A DNA stretch of 64,000 nt from Podarcis melisellensis. Its lineage: Eukaryota. This document shows, piece by piece, positions 25,637 through 39,600 of the stretch. A program made the translations under genes and the position numbers. The notes below the pieces were generated by a model. It saw only the letters and a program-made list of their open reading frames with translations. It searched no databases and was not told the DNA's origin. Position 1 is the stretch's first letter; each line of letters opens with the position of its first letter. The stretch is from assembly GCA_964234715.1 (NCBI GenBank), contig OZ174276.1. One strand, given 5' to 3'.

Positions 25637-25760
25637 AGTTAGCTCAGTCAGTAGATCTCAGGGTCGTGGGTTCGAGCTTCACGTGGGACAAAAGATTCCT
25701 GCATTGCAGGGGGTTGAACTAAATAACCTGCGTGGTCCCTTCCAACTCTAAATTCTATGA
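25637..25760 (+). mobile_element. tRNA-Lys-derived SINE with CR1-type tail at the promoter edge
   Basis: A-box TAGCTCAGTCAG, B-box GGTTCGAGC, tail ...ttccaactctaaattctatga. Internal deletion in the anticodon arm. Confidence 0.8.
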
Positions 25761-26237
25761 GTTACTCGAAGAACCTTCTTGACTCCGCAGTCTCCGACGC
25801 CTCCAGGCCACGTTGGCTGCTTCTTCACCGTAAGCGCATCTCTGCAGCAGGGACGGGGCGGGCGCGTGGAAACCACGGCTTGCCCGACGGGGCGGTCTGG
25901 TCTGCTCTGCTACGAAGCCGCCTCGGAAGCAGCTCGCCAGCCTCGGCGGCCCCCTCTCCGCTTTCCTCTGCCGCGGGCTCTTTAACGGCTCATTAGCCAA
26001 TAAGAATGGCTAATCGCCTCCCGCAGTTCCCCGCTCCCCGCCCACGGGGGCGGCGCGGTTAGCCATTGGCTGCCTTTGCTCCACCAAAGGGGGCTAATTA
26101 CCATGCGGCGAGCGGCTCTTATAGGCTCCGAGGGGTGCCAGTCAGGCGCGCCTGCTCTCCGCCCTCCCGCGCTCCAGCCTGGCCGGCCAAGGAGCGCTGC
26201 TGCGCTCGCCACTCGCTGCAACCGCGAGCGGGACTAG

Positions 26238-26987
<750 letters not shown>

Positions 26988-29900
26988 TAGCCTGGCGCCC
27001 CCTTCGTCGGGGGCGAGCCGTTAGAAGCCGGTCAGAAGGCGTAGCCCACCGGAGACCCCACCAGGGTGTGAATGGACGGCAACCCGTCCACGTGTCTCCA
27101 TCGACCCAAAGTGGGAGATTTCCCTCTGCCCCACTCCTAGGGAGAATGCGACTCGCTTAACTCTCTAGCAGTTTACTGGTTACTTCACCCCCAAAACACA
27201 CAGGGCTTTTACTGGGTGTTGATGGGCAGGAGTTAAGCGGGTAAGGTAAGAGAGAGACCCGGGCCGAATCGTCCTGCTTTTCCATTGCACCAACAGTACG
27301 CGCGGTGAAAGCCACCTCTGAAGCTCTTAGTTTGAGTTTGAGTAGCCTTGACTCCCAAGGAACGGGTTTAGACGCGACTTGTTCGAGGGTTCCCCCTTCT
27401 CCCCGCTTTCCCTTCCCGGAAAGAGGGATGCGTTTAAAATGTGTCCGGGACTGTGGATGGAAGCGGGAATTAACCGGCGTGGGTCAAGGTGGGAAGTAAG
27501 CAAGGGAGGCCACTGGCCCTCGCGGCCGAGCCGCCTTTGGAGCCTGTAAGTGGGCCTGCCCACACGCCGTGTCGAGGGTCTTCTCCAAGCCGTGTCGTTT
27601 CGAGGCTCCTGTGGCCTCTCGAAGGTCTCCCCGCGCGGCCTCCAGTGTATCAGGCATCAAGTGTCCGTGACCCTCATGATGGACGGGGTGAGACTCGGTT
27701 GCCCTGCAGTTATTGTTCCCAGGAGCCCCGGCGTGGATTAATTCCGCTAGGCGTTTGTATTGGGGGCTGTTTGTGTGCGCGCGTATTGGGAGGGTAGCGG
27801 GTGTGAGGCTGATCCGAGGGCCAGGAAGGGAAACTCCCCCCCCCCCCCCGCTTCCAAATCGGTTTCAAGCTCCGTAGCCGAACTCGCTCTAGATCTACCC
27901 CACTCCCTCTCTCTCTAAAAAGCCCGCAGCCCCATTCAGACGGCAGTGAGGTCCGTGTGTATCTGAGCAGCGCGCCGGCGAGCGAGTTTGAAGGCAGTGC
28001 AAGGAGGCGCCGGCCGTGCGCGGAGAGGTAGTGAGCTCTGTTGGGCGAAAGGGAGCACTGCAGCTCCTGCTCCGCCGGCCCGCTCGGGATTCTTAATATT
28101 TTGACACGGGAACCCGGCGATCTGCTGTGTCGACTGAATCTCGGCAAACGCTAATGAAAGTTAAGCTTCCATAACTTTCCTAGACCTGCTTTGTGGAGCA
28201 AACGCGTCTCCGTGGGGTGCTTTTTAAGGATACTGGGATTTAAAACGACAAATAGATCTGGAATGGTTGTGGAGTCCTTTGGGCAGTTTCACGCGTCCTC
28301 TGGGGGTGCGAGGATGGTTTTAAGGCCTCGTAGTAGCGGTCATACCCACCCGATCCCGCCGAGTTTAAGTTCTACAGGACTGGGAGAGTTGCCCTTCCCA
28401 ATCTAGACAGCGGCGGCTCCACTCGGTCTCCTGCGCGCCCTCTTCCTTGTCATTTGCAACGGCAGCTCCTTGCGCGCTTCACATTTCTCGGTCCTTGGCC
28501 GATGGACTTCTCTCTTTGAAATGACGCTTTAGAGAGGGGAAAAAAGTTTTAAACAAAAATGTCCTATTGAGGGCATGCAAGAAAAATAATAATCCAGAGT
28601 TCAAAACGAGAGCAGAGAGTGGAACGAAAGATCTTAGGCAACGGATTTTCTTAAGATCAGCCTGTGTGGTTTGACTTGCGAGCTTGATCTCTCCGTCCTC
28701 CTGCTAAAGGAGAGAATTTTATTTGCGGGGGGGGGGGCAGATATCCTCCGCTACCTTATGGGGGAAAGTGCTGTAGACACCAGTTATCAAGCCAGCGGCA
28801 GGTGATTCTCTCCTCTCCTTCAGATGCATGGGAGAGGGGGAGATGGTGCGATTAAAAAAACAACACCCTGCAGCTTTTAAACGGATCTGTCCGCTGACCT
28901 TCTGCGCTTCCTGGGGACTGACTGCAGACCTGCGAAGAGAAGCCTCAGATTTATCTGTAATGGGATGCGGTCGTCGTCTGTGCAACATGTGTCAGGGCAT
29001 GGAAATGAATCCTTGTACAGTCGAGGTGTCCATTGATTTATAGGGTGGTGATAACTTGGAGGGAGAGCCTTGTCTGTTATAAATAAAAATGGTTTTGATT
29101 TTACATTCCAAGCCCTGCACTCAGTCAGGTGACTTCCACTTCCACCCCCCCTCCACCCCCCAAAAAACCAGCTTGCAGAACTTTGAGTGAATCTGTGCAG
29201 GGAGATGGAAAAATTACAAATCCAAAATCCAAACCTGTGCTATGCTAAGCACATGGCTGAGTTGCTGTTTGTGAGTGTGTGTGTTTTTAGAACATTATGT
29301 TTTAAATAGGATAGGACACAATTTAAAACATCTCACAGGGAAAAAGGGTTTGATTAAGGAAGAGCCAGAACAGTGGTAACAATTTAACATATACATACCA
29401 ATCAATAGATGTAGTTGCTGCTTTCAGTAAAGGAAATTTGAGATGTATTTGTTTTTAAAGTAAAACGGAAAGACACAATATAAACGTATTTGGAGACGCC
29501 AAGCTCTTTCGCTCATTTAGGGTCACACAAATGCTTCTTGGAGGAATTGTGGGCCAAGTAAGCAAGAGTGCAAAGCAAGGGCTTCCTCCCTTCTGCTCTG
29601 GCAGGAGGATCAAGTCCCTTGTTTGGTAGGCAGGCTGTGCTTGGCCCAGTCTTCCCGGCTCCTTCCTCCCCGGCTCTCCTTTGTCACTCCCACAGCCCAG
29701 CGCCACAGCCTTTGATTAGGGAGGCTAGTGCTAATTTTGTTAGCCAGGCTGTGAAGAGCCGGATCTCTGTTATCCAGGGTGAGGGCCTTCAAGGTTTTCT
29801 AAAAGATCCTCCCCAAACTACTGCTTGTAGCTAATGAGCAGAGCTGTCAGGAAGACGAAAACCATTAAGTGTTGCTAAAGGCCAAACTAGGGGGGAATTT

Positions 29901-32900
29901 TCAACTAGCTTAGAAGTTGTGGGTTGGGTGGATGGAATGGGAGCCTGCATTTAAAACTCTTCCTCAACTCTGCCTAAGTGGTTTAACTATTTTTTTTTTG
30001 GGGGGGGAAACTTAATCACTGGAAAACCACATTCTTAAAGGTGTGCAGTTTTCTTAAACGATGAAACTCAAAAGCATTAACATGTAAGGTGGCTGGGAAG
30101 AAGGTCTGTGCTGTTTGTCATTCACAGCCTTATTAATGTAACTAATTTAAAGTAATGATTACCTCCCATGGAACCCCAACTTCACAGGATTTTTATTTGG
30201 CATTTGGCATGATTTTGGCTGATGCAACCACCTTTTGATCAAATGTGCATGTCCGCACTTTTCTCGGTGCCAGTCTTATTTTCAGGGTGGCTTTTAAAAA
30301 GCTGGGCCTTGCTGGATAAGCGCAGAGAGTCTGGAGTGCCAGTGACTTGATCGGAAATGTTTGCAGGTTATGCAAATATGAATTATGCAGATTAGCTGGA
30401 TGTCCAATTGTTGCAGGCCTTGGAAAGATGCTAACTGAAAGAATGGGAACCAAACATATGACCACCTTAATTGCCTAGAATAATATTCCGGCATCCTTGA
30501 GGAAACTGAAATGGGTTTAGCACTGGGTTTATGAGCTTTCCTCCCTTTCTCCCTCCAGCCACACAAGCCATGGAGCTTGAGATTCTACCTGCTTGGCATA
30601 TTCAACACAATCCTGCAGTTTTACTCCTTTTATTTCCTCTCTCTCTTTCTGGTCAACTTTCTCCTTGAGACTGGCTCAATGTATGCCCAGTTACTTGGGA
30701 GTAAGTCACTTTGGATTTGTTGGGGATTCCTCCTGAGTAGACAGGCATAAAAATAGCACCATATGTAGCAGCATCTCTTTTTAAGACTGGCAGCCTTGCA
30801 TATAGTATCCAAGCTTAGTTGAAGCCACTTTTATGTCAGCTGGAACAATGTTGCCTTAAAGGAGATGACATGTCGAAACTGCAATAGTTACAGGTGCTGA
30901 TCTGGCTGGTGGCTTTTATTTAACAGGGATGTAACAGTTTTCCTAATTAAGGCCCAACTGAGCCCTTCTACTCCCCCCCCCCCACTTTGCCAAATAGTCA
31001 ATCTGCTGCTATTTAAAGGAAGGACTTCTGTGCAAGAGAAAAATCAATGTGTAGTTAGGCAAATGATAGTTTCTTAAGCTAAACCAATATACACAAACTT
31101 GTTCTTTTGAATTGAGGTGTACATTTTCCTAGGAACATTTTTTTCCCTTTTTTTGGAAAATAAAGAAAGACTCCAGCTTAGCACTGCTTTGAGTTGAAGC
31201 TGAATTATTAAGGGCAGCTTGATTTCAGCTGCAGTGCACAACATGCTGCTTTAATAGTGGGCTTTGTTTTGTTAAATCACTGTCTACGAAAACTCTGAGA
31301 AATAGCTTGGTTCTCTCACAAACAATTCAAGCTGCTGTGAAGTTGTCACGTGACACAAACTGCCCGTGCAGCAACGGCAAACCATTTTTCAGCTGAGTTA
31401 CTTCAATTTGATTATTATTGAAACTAAACCATCTTAGTCTCCTATATGATTTTAACGAGCTCTTGGATTGGGGTGTTAGTCCTGTTTTAATAAGACTAAA
31501 TTGTATTATGGTAGTTCAGCTGGGGACTGTGACTTGTGAGTGGAAGCCATGATACGTAAACAAGAATGGATTTGGGAGGGATCTATAACAGAGGCAAGAG
31601 CCTGAGTGGCAGATTAATGGTTTCTGCTTTAAAATACTTTAACAGTTGCGATCAATTAAATGTAGGTTTTAATTTCACTCAGCACCCCCCCTCCAAGAAA
31701 GGGTGTTTAGAGTATAACTACTGTTGTAAACAATGCTTTCTTAAACAGAACCATGTCCCTTCCCTTCAGCAACCAAATATTAACAGAAACTAAACTACTA
31801 TGTGTGCCTTTTCAAAAGTAGGCACCTCCCTTTCAAAAAAGAAAAGAAAAGTAAGCCCCATTTCAATTAACTGGAAATCTTTCCTAAAAGTAAAGTATCT
31901 AGGACTTCAACTTCGTAAAAACTCCACTGCCAAGTGCTTGAACTGACGTACGATTTTGAACGCTATCTTTCTCCACGTTGCCAAAGCAACTTCAGAGTTG
32001 GCGATATGTAATGTGACAGCATGTTAGTAGAACCATACTGACTTTTCCTAAAGATCTTTGTATACTACTGAATTTTATTTTGGCTTTGAATGGCTTTCTA
32101 TTTTTTTTTATTCTTTACTGGATTGACACCAGACCATTGTAAGTCTATAGGCTACATTTTTATGGGACCCCTCCACCCTATCTCTGCTCTGATAGCTGAA
32201 TTCGCTCAAGTTTTGGGTTATGGCACAATTACATTATTACTGAGACAATAGCCACAAATCATAATTCAACTTACTTGGTTTTATGGGGAAGAGAAAACTG
32301 CAGTAATATAGCCATTGAAGTAAATGAGAAGTCTTTTTTCAAATTCTGCAAAGGCTATGAGTTTTTTTCAGCTAACTCAACACGAGGAAGCCATTTATGC
32401 ACAAGTGTGACCAGGATTAGGGACTAGTTTAGGATATTATTTTTTATCAAAAGGCTCGCCTCTGAAGGGAGATGCAAGTGTTCATCGTCAGCAAATTCAC
32501 CTCTTGTGCGATATGTTTCAGCAGGAGATCTGCCACTTGGACTATTTGAAATCTACAATTTTTGATGAGGATGGTTGGTTACTGCCATGACAGGCTTTTA
32601 AATTTTTTAAATTCATTTTATCACATTTGCTGTCATCATTCAAACTAATTTCCAAGTGAAAATTTTGTGATACTTTGGTTGGTCCTACTTAAAGGTATTG
32701 CTGTGGATTTTGGAGATTTTTTTAAAAAAAACTATTTTTAAAAATTCTTATGGAAGACCCTGCTTCTGGTGAAAATTAACAAGGCATTGTAGGGGTTGTG
32801 TGTATCTGATTAGTTAAGCACCCCCAAATTAGTCAACTATTTTTTTTAGACCCTAGCCTAGAACAGTTGGCTCTTGAAGGGAAGTGGAGGAAATGACTCC

Positions 32901-34768
32901 TTGGGATTTTCTGTTCATACTGACCGCAAAGCTTTCAATGTTATCTATGATTAACTTCAAGGTTAGCCACCTTGAACTATTGAGAAAAGGTTGTGTGTTT
33001 TAAAGCAAGCAAGCTTCTATATGTGCAGTATCAAAACTGACTTGAGGGGACACCATAACACACCTAAAACATTTTCAGCCTCAGATAGTGCAGCCTCTGC
33101 TCAGAAGTAAGCCTTGTTGCATTCAGAGGTATTTATTCCTGGATAAGTGTGTACAGAATCACACCTTAATTTCTGAGTTAAAATGTTAACAGTAATCTCA
33201 AATGGAAATGCTCCTGAGATCTAAACAGCAGCATTATCTCTAACTTTGCTTAGGCAAAGGCAGCAAGCAACTCTATATATGGCTCTTGAGTTAGCAACAG
33301 CTAAACAGGGTAAAACTGAGAAGACAAAGTGTTCAATATCTGCAGCATCTCTTTAGCTATTTTTGGAAAAGTTTGATCCTCAATAGCATCCATAGCATTT
33401 CAAAAAGAACTATGTGTGGCTGGCTAAAGAACTGGCTGTCATGGTTTTATTAGCGAAATTATGTTAAAGCATCTTGAGTTCTGTATTAAATTAGCCACCT
33501 AAATTAGACTGTAAAATGGTTGATTAATCCTTCCCATGTAAATGGGTACGCAGCTAATTGCAAATGAGATTCCCAGATCCAGTAAGTGGAATAAGTCAAT
33601 ATTTAAGAGAACACTTTGCTTTAGGGATGGGATTGCCTGCACTAGCAGAACCACACTACTTACGCTTAAATGATTCACCAGAATAAAATGCCTCTTGTTT
33701 TAATTAATGTATCTATTAGTCTAAGGCCAATTCAGCAGACATGCAAGCAGTTTTCCTCCTGGAAAAAAACTACTTCTGTGAAGCTAGTAATTATGCAGTT
33801 ACAGATATGGGGCTCCAAGCAAAGATCATGGTGATTATAATAATCTTAAGACTATGAGGTATCTATTTTGGATTTGGCTTATTTCAGAACATGGAGCATA
33901 GTGGGACCTCTGAAGAACATCCTGTGGTATTCTGACAAATGTTGTCATGAAGTTGTGCAAGCCTAAGCACAACGGAGTTAATTAAACTGAAGTTGCAGTT
34001 CTAAATGTGCTTACCTGGGATTAAGCCCTACTGATCTTGACCTGTGTGGATTGTGGTGCTACTCTACTAAGTGTGTTTAGGATTGCATGGATGCTCAAAG
34101 GTGAGCCCTGCTGTGCTCATTTGTACCTACCCCAGATAAGTGCACATTCCAAGCAAGAAATTTCAGACCCGAATGCATTTTTGTATTCTGACTTGTGCAC
34201 AACTTTAGTCTGAATCAGTTAAATGGTAAAACACACACCCCTACATTTATTTTGCATTTGTAATATGTACACAATTGCTAAACTAGTTTAATTTTCTTTT
34301 CGATCTTAAAATCTTATGCCACCCCGATCTCTCTCTGCTCAGTTGTTTGTAATGGGAAGAGATTGCTAAACTTCACACTTCAGGCAATGATTCTAGTGCA
34401 GGTTTATTTTTGAAAATATTTCTGCTTCTGTTGCAGAACTCCAAAAAACAGCAGCCTGATAGCTGAAGGTCTTTGGAACGTACTATTTCTGTTTAGTGGC
34501 TTCAAACAGAAATGTTTCTGCAGGAAAGGAAAGGAAACTGGATCCAGCTATTAATGCTAAATAGTTACAAGCACTAGAGTTCCTGGGTTTTTTCTTTCTC
34601 TTCGGCACTGACTCTGGAATCCTTGTGGACAAAAGCAAAGTGGGAGAAAATGGCCCTTTTTGCAGCCAAGCTTGAAGGATGCAATCACTTTCTTTATACA
34701 ATCGAAGGCTTCTTAAAACCTTCAGAATAACTTTCCTGGTATTTGAACAATGCTTTCAATCTAACTTC

Positions 34769-35009
34769 NNNNNNNNNNNNNNNNNNNNNNNNNNNNNNNN
34801 NNNNNNNNNNNNNNNNNNNNNNNNNNNNNNNNNNNNNNNNNNNNNNNNNNNNNNNNNNNNNNNNNNNNNNNNNNNNNNNNNNNNNNNNNNNNNNNNNNNN
34901 NNNNNNNNNNNNNNNNNNNNNNNNNNNNNNNNNNNNNNNNNNNNNNNNNNNNNNNNNNNNNNNNNNNNNNNNNNNNNNNNNNNNNNNNNNNNNNNNNNNN
35001 NNNNNNNNN
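34769..35009. other. Assembly gap (241 N)
   Basis: Run of N. Confidence 1.
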
Positions 35010-35829
35010 TGGCAGCAGTTGTGAAAATTGGAGATGTGGGTAACTTGCTGAAATGTACACACGCACAGTCTACCAAGCTCTTACCAAACTTGTGAGCGCA
35101 AGTTTTTACACTGTGAAAAGAGTTAATGTGCAATGCTATTTGGCCATTTAAGAGTATAGCAAACTACACAATCTCAAGAATTTTTGTACCAAATGGTGTA
35201 AATTCTGAGGGAAGGTTGTCTCTGTGTGTCCTTATGTGCAACTGCATGATTTCTGGTTTTGGGGCCTCGGGCCTCTCCTTATCTGCTTAGAAATTGGAAA
35301 TTCTTTCTACTTAGATAGAAATGTCTGGCTGAGGTAGCAGTGGCTAGAATGCTGATGCTTGATTCCTAATGAGTAAAAACAACAACACCTAGACATTGAC
35401 TTCTGAGAACTGCCAAATTTTAGTCAAATGCTAAAACAAGAACATATGATAAGATAAAGTATCCCAGTAGTCTTTGGTCAAAGGTTGGATGCCATTTTTT
35501 CAGTAACGGGAATTGATCCTGTCTGCCTTCCCATCGTGCTTGTTAGATTTTCCATATGGCTCCCAGGTTGATTAGCAAATATGTGGGAGAGAATGGAAAA
35601 GAGCTCATTGTTCTCTGTGTTGGATGCTTTGCTGAAGTTGTGACCCTTATGACTTATAAAACTCCTGGTGTCCTAAGCTAGTCCCACCCTCCAATACTGA
35701 GATTCTTTAGTAGGAGGCAAGCATTCTTTTGGGGTGGGGAGAACTGCCCCTCCTCCCCTGCGTCCAAATGAAGGTTGCTTGTGCATCTTGGACAAATAGA
35801 AGGAGGGCCCAGAGACTTGGGTTTTATAC

Positions 35830-35990
35830 ACACTATACCTTTAAAGCACATTCTTTCCCTCAAAGAATTATGGGTGCTGTAGTTTATCTACCACAGAGTT
35901 ACAATTCACAGCAACCCTTAACAAACTACAATTCCCAGAATATTTTTTTTAAGAGAAATGTGCTGTTAATGTGTTTTCAAGTTATAGTGT
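35830..35990. mobile_element. Palindromic MITE
   Basis: cactatacctttaaagcacattct...tgtagttt / aaactacaattcccagaa...aaatgtgct...tatagtg inverted arms. Confidence 0.55.
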
Positions 35991-36513
35991 CTTCACAGCA
36001 TTAGTTGTAGACCTGTGTTTTCTTCTCCACCGCAATTAATTCCATAGGAAACCTTCTGTTTTCACATTTCTGGTGGCAATGGTAACTTGAGAATTCTGAA
36101 CGTATTATCCTTTCCTACTTTAAACCTTGGTCTAGTAAGCTGAGTCTGTGGACTGATACATGCTTGCAGAGTTGTATTTGTACGCATTGTCTGTTCCTTG
36201 ATTTGGGAAGGCTGGTAGTGGTAGCACCCCTGTTCTCAGTGTATTGGGCTGGAGATTAATATGGTGTCAGACTGGTAGGTTGCTGACATGTCACATCGGG
36301 GAAAAAACCTATCAATTACTCCCTTGAAATCTGGCAACATGAACTCCGGGGCTGCTTCTGGGATTGGTGCTTAGATAACATTGGGACTTATAAGCAATTG
36401 ATGTACATGTTTGTTAAGCCCTTGGACTGGGAATAAAACCACAGAGGGAACTTGGTATAAGAATGCTTTTAAAAATAATTGAGGGTGTGTTTGTCACCCT
36501 GGGCTCCTTTGGG

Positions 36514-36647
36514 NNNNNNNNNNNNNNNNNNNNNNNNNNNNNNNNNNNNNNNNNNNNNNNNNNNNNNNNNNNNNNNNNNNNNNNNNNNNNNNNNNNNNNN
36601 NNNNNNNNNNNNNNNNNNNNNNNNNNNNNNNNNNNNNNNNNNNNNNN
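36514..36647. other. Assembly gap (134 N)
   Basis: Run of N. Confidence 1.
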
Positions 36648-39600
36648 GGCCTTCTTCATTTTTGAAAAATGATTGAGTGGAATTGTAGACACTGCTTTAA
36701 CATTCCGAACTTTGTCCAACTCTGTTGCCTGAAACAAACCGTAGAGCAAAGTTTTGTATCTGATTTCATGCTGCATCAGCTTCAGGGGCTCTTCACTTCT
36801 ACTTCAGAATATACTTACAGCCTCTTGAATGAATGAAGCTCTTTGGAGACAAGAGCCTAGCACAATTCAAGATGGGGGTCTCCCTACTCTTTTTCATGCA
36901 CTCTCCAAGGCACATAATGCCTTCCAGTTTGATTCCAGCAGGCCCCAAATCACAATGTCTTAGTCGCAGCATGAAGTTATGAGGAAAATGGCCCCCAAAG
37001 GAGGGACGGGCTCTTGTGATCCATCAGCAAGGCCCTTGTGTTTCTCTGGGAGCCTTCCTTCAGATTGCAACAGGAGCGTTGAGTTGTTCAGACAGATGGC
37101 AAAGATTATTTCGTGTTGCTGAGATTTCAGTGCACTACTGTTTCAAGCATGTCTCCCAGTGCGGCGCAAATGATGCGTTCTTCCCAGCACGGCGCTGACG
37201 GGAACTGCTTTGTCTTCCCTGATCATGTTTCACAGCCTCACCTGTTGAGGAGTTGATTCTTCCCACCCCAACCCCCCACCCCCGAAGTTGAGCATGCGCC
37301 GGAGCGGACATATTTGGCTGGTGAGTCCACCCATGGCTCTGAGTTGTGGTGAGACTCTGGGGCCGTCAGTGAAATGGAACGTTGCTGAGTAGCGTAAAAA
37401 AGTGATGATGAAAACTTTCTGCGTAGGCTTTTCTCTTGGTGGTTCAGGGATAGTAGCTCTTTATTTAGAGACGCATGTTTCCCAACTCTTGCTCTTTAGC
37501 AGACCTGTTATTAAGAGCGGAAAATGGGCATTCTTATTTGGCCTATTCAGGCATGAGCAGAAGCTAAATAACTTTTTCTTTGGGTCTGTCTCAGCTGCTG
37601 CATTTGTCAAATCTGGATGTCTGTATTATGTGCCATTTCTGAATAACATGCTCAAATAATGAAGGTGTGTATTCATGTGTACAACTGCCATCCTAATTCC
37701 CTTCACCTTGCAGTTATAGTTCAGATTTTAGAACCAGTTGTGTGGCACTTTCAAGACCTTAACAGGCCAGTTCTGATGGCTTGTGAAGCAAGCCTATGTG
37801 TTTGTGTAGTCTATCGTACTCTGGGCCAGTCCACCCATGAGGCAAGGTGAGGTGACCACCTCAGGTGGCAGGATCCACAGGGGCAGCAGAACACAATGTA
37901 GAGCCTTATTCCCACCCCCTCTTGCATCTGATGTAGATCTTAACTTATCCCTTCTTCCTTGGTGGGGAGGGAGGCACCATTTTGTTGTTCTCTTCAGGTG
38001 CCAAAAGGTCTCAGGCTGTTCCTAGATGCTCTTTATTTTGAGAGATTGTACACTTACAAGACGTGACTGGGTATGTATGCTGCTAACAAAGCCCTCTCTT
38101 CCGTCAAAATGGCTGCATTCATCTACATCTTGGGGATTACTGCGTTCATACACACATACATTTCTGTGAGCATGAGAGGCCACCTGTGCTGAAAATGCTG
38201 GCTGTATCCAAGAATGCCATCAAGGCCTGCATATCATTCAGTCCAACAACTGTGTAAAATGTCCAGCTTGCCCTTTTAGATGGAAGGCTAAAATGATAAA
38301 CTTAAATCTCCTCTACTGGATTTAGCGCCTGGACATTCTGCTTTGCAGCTTCCAATAGTTAGTGCTGAAAGATAACCAACATCCGTGCTCTTTTGTTGTT
38401 GTGGAGGACTGGTGATCAGTGAGTCAAAGGGATAATAAATAGGCCAGAGCTCTGCTGGGTAGCAAACCATATGGCCTCAAAGCACAACAAATTCCAGGTC
38501 CCATATATTCCTGTAGCCTAATTACAGGGTTGGAAAGCAACCAAGGCTGCTACCTGTTGTCACTGTGTGGTGTCTGAGATGATTGAGGAGCTCTGTTGCT
38601 CTGTTGTGTGATGTTTGCACTCTCAGCACCGAGTTCTGCTGCCCTCGAAACAATTTAATGCTGGGCTCAGTTTCCCGGGTTTAATGTGTTGTATCTGGCC
38701 TTAAAAAATATTTTTAAATCCTTGTGCCAAGAAACATGAGCTTCTTTGACTAGCACTCGTTATATATAATGTGTGCTGCATGCTGCCTCATTAAGAAATG
38801 GGGAAATCATTTTGTCAACTGAAGTGATGACTGCAGTGTATATGTACATGAAATTGCTTGCCAGTTCTCCGGATTGTCAAACAGATTTGAAAGCCAATAA
38901 CAGGCCAGCAGCCCCATGACTGGAGAGATCAGGCTTGCTTTGGCTGCATCAGTCACTGACATCCACTTGGCCACCCTTGTGTGTAATGCTAAAAGAAAAA
39001 AGGTACTTCTGTTTTGGGGCAATGCGTAGGAGGGCGAAACCTCTCCCATTTGCTTGAGGACAAAAAGAGCAGCTAAGAGCAGCTCTTTCAAACAAGATCC
39101 AGTGGAATATATAAATTTGCATTAATATCAATCACCAGCAAAAAATTAGTTGCATAAGTGGCTGTCAGAGATGAATGAGATTACTTGCTGCTTTTTGTTT
39201 TAAGCAGCAAATCAAACTTAGCATCTTAACTACTGCCTTGGAGGTGGGGAAGCTGTTCAAAAGGTTTGACTTGATTCCTGACAATTAATCACTGGCTTTA
39301 CCCCTAAATACGGCTGGGTGATACATTGATATACCATCCCAAACTGGTTTGAAATCCATATCGTGAGATCTGTTTCATAGTTCTTGACCTGGCAATATAT
39401 TGTGAATCATGGTGCATGTGTGTGCTATGCAAAAATCACAACGTGGGAAAAACCCTTCTCCAAGGTCAGGAAGTCTGTGCCCTTCCAGATATTGCTGGAC
39501 TGCATCTCCCATCATCACTGACTGTTCGCCAACATAGGATTTGAGTCAACAACATCTGGAGGACCTTGCAGTACCCAAATTTGAAATGCATATCTAGTGT

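Noticed and set aside
34679-36776. ORFs containing X runs
   Set aside because: Artefacts of N gaps.
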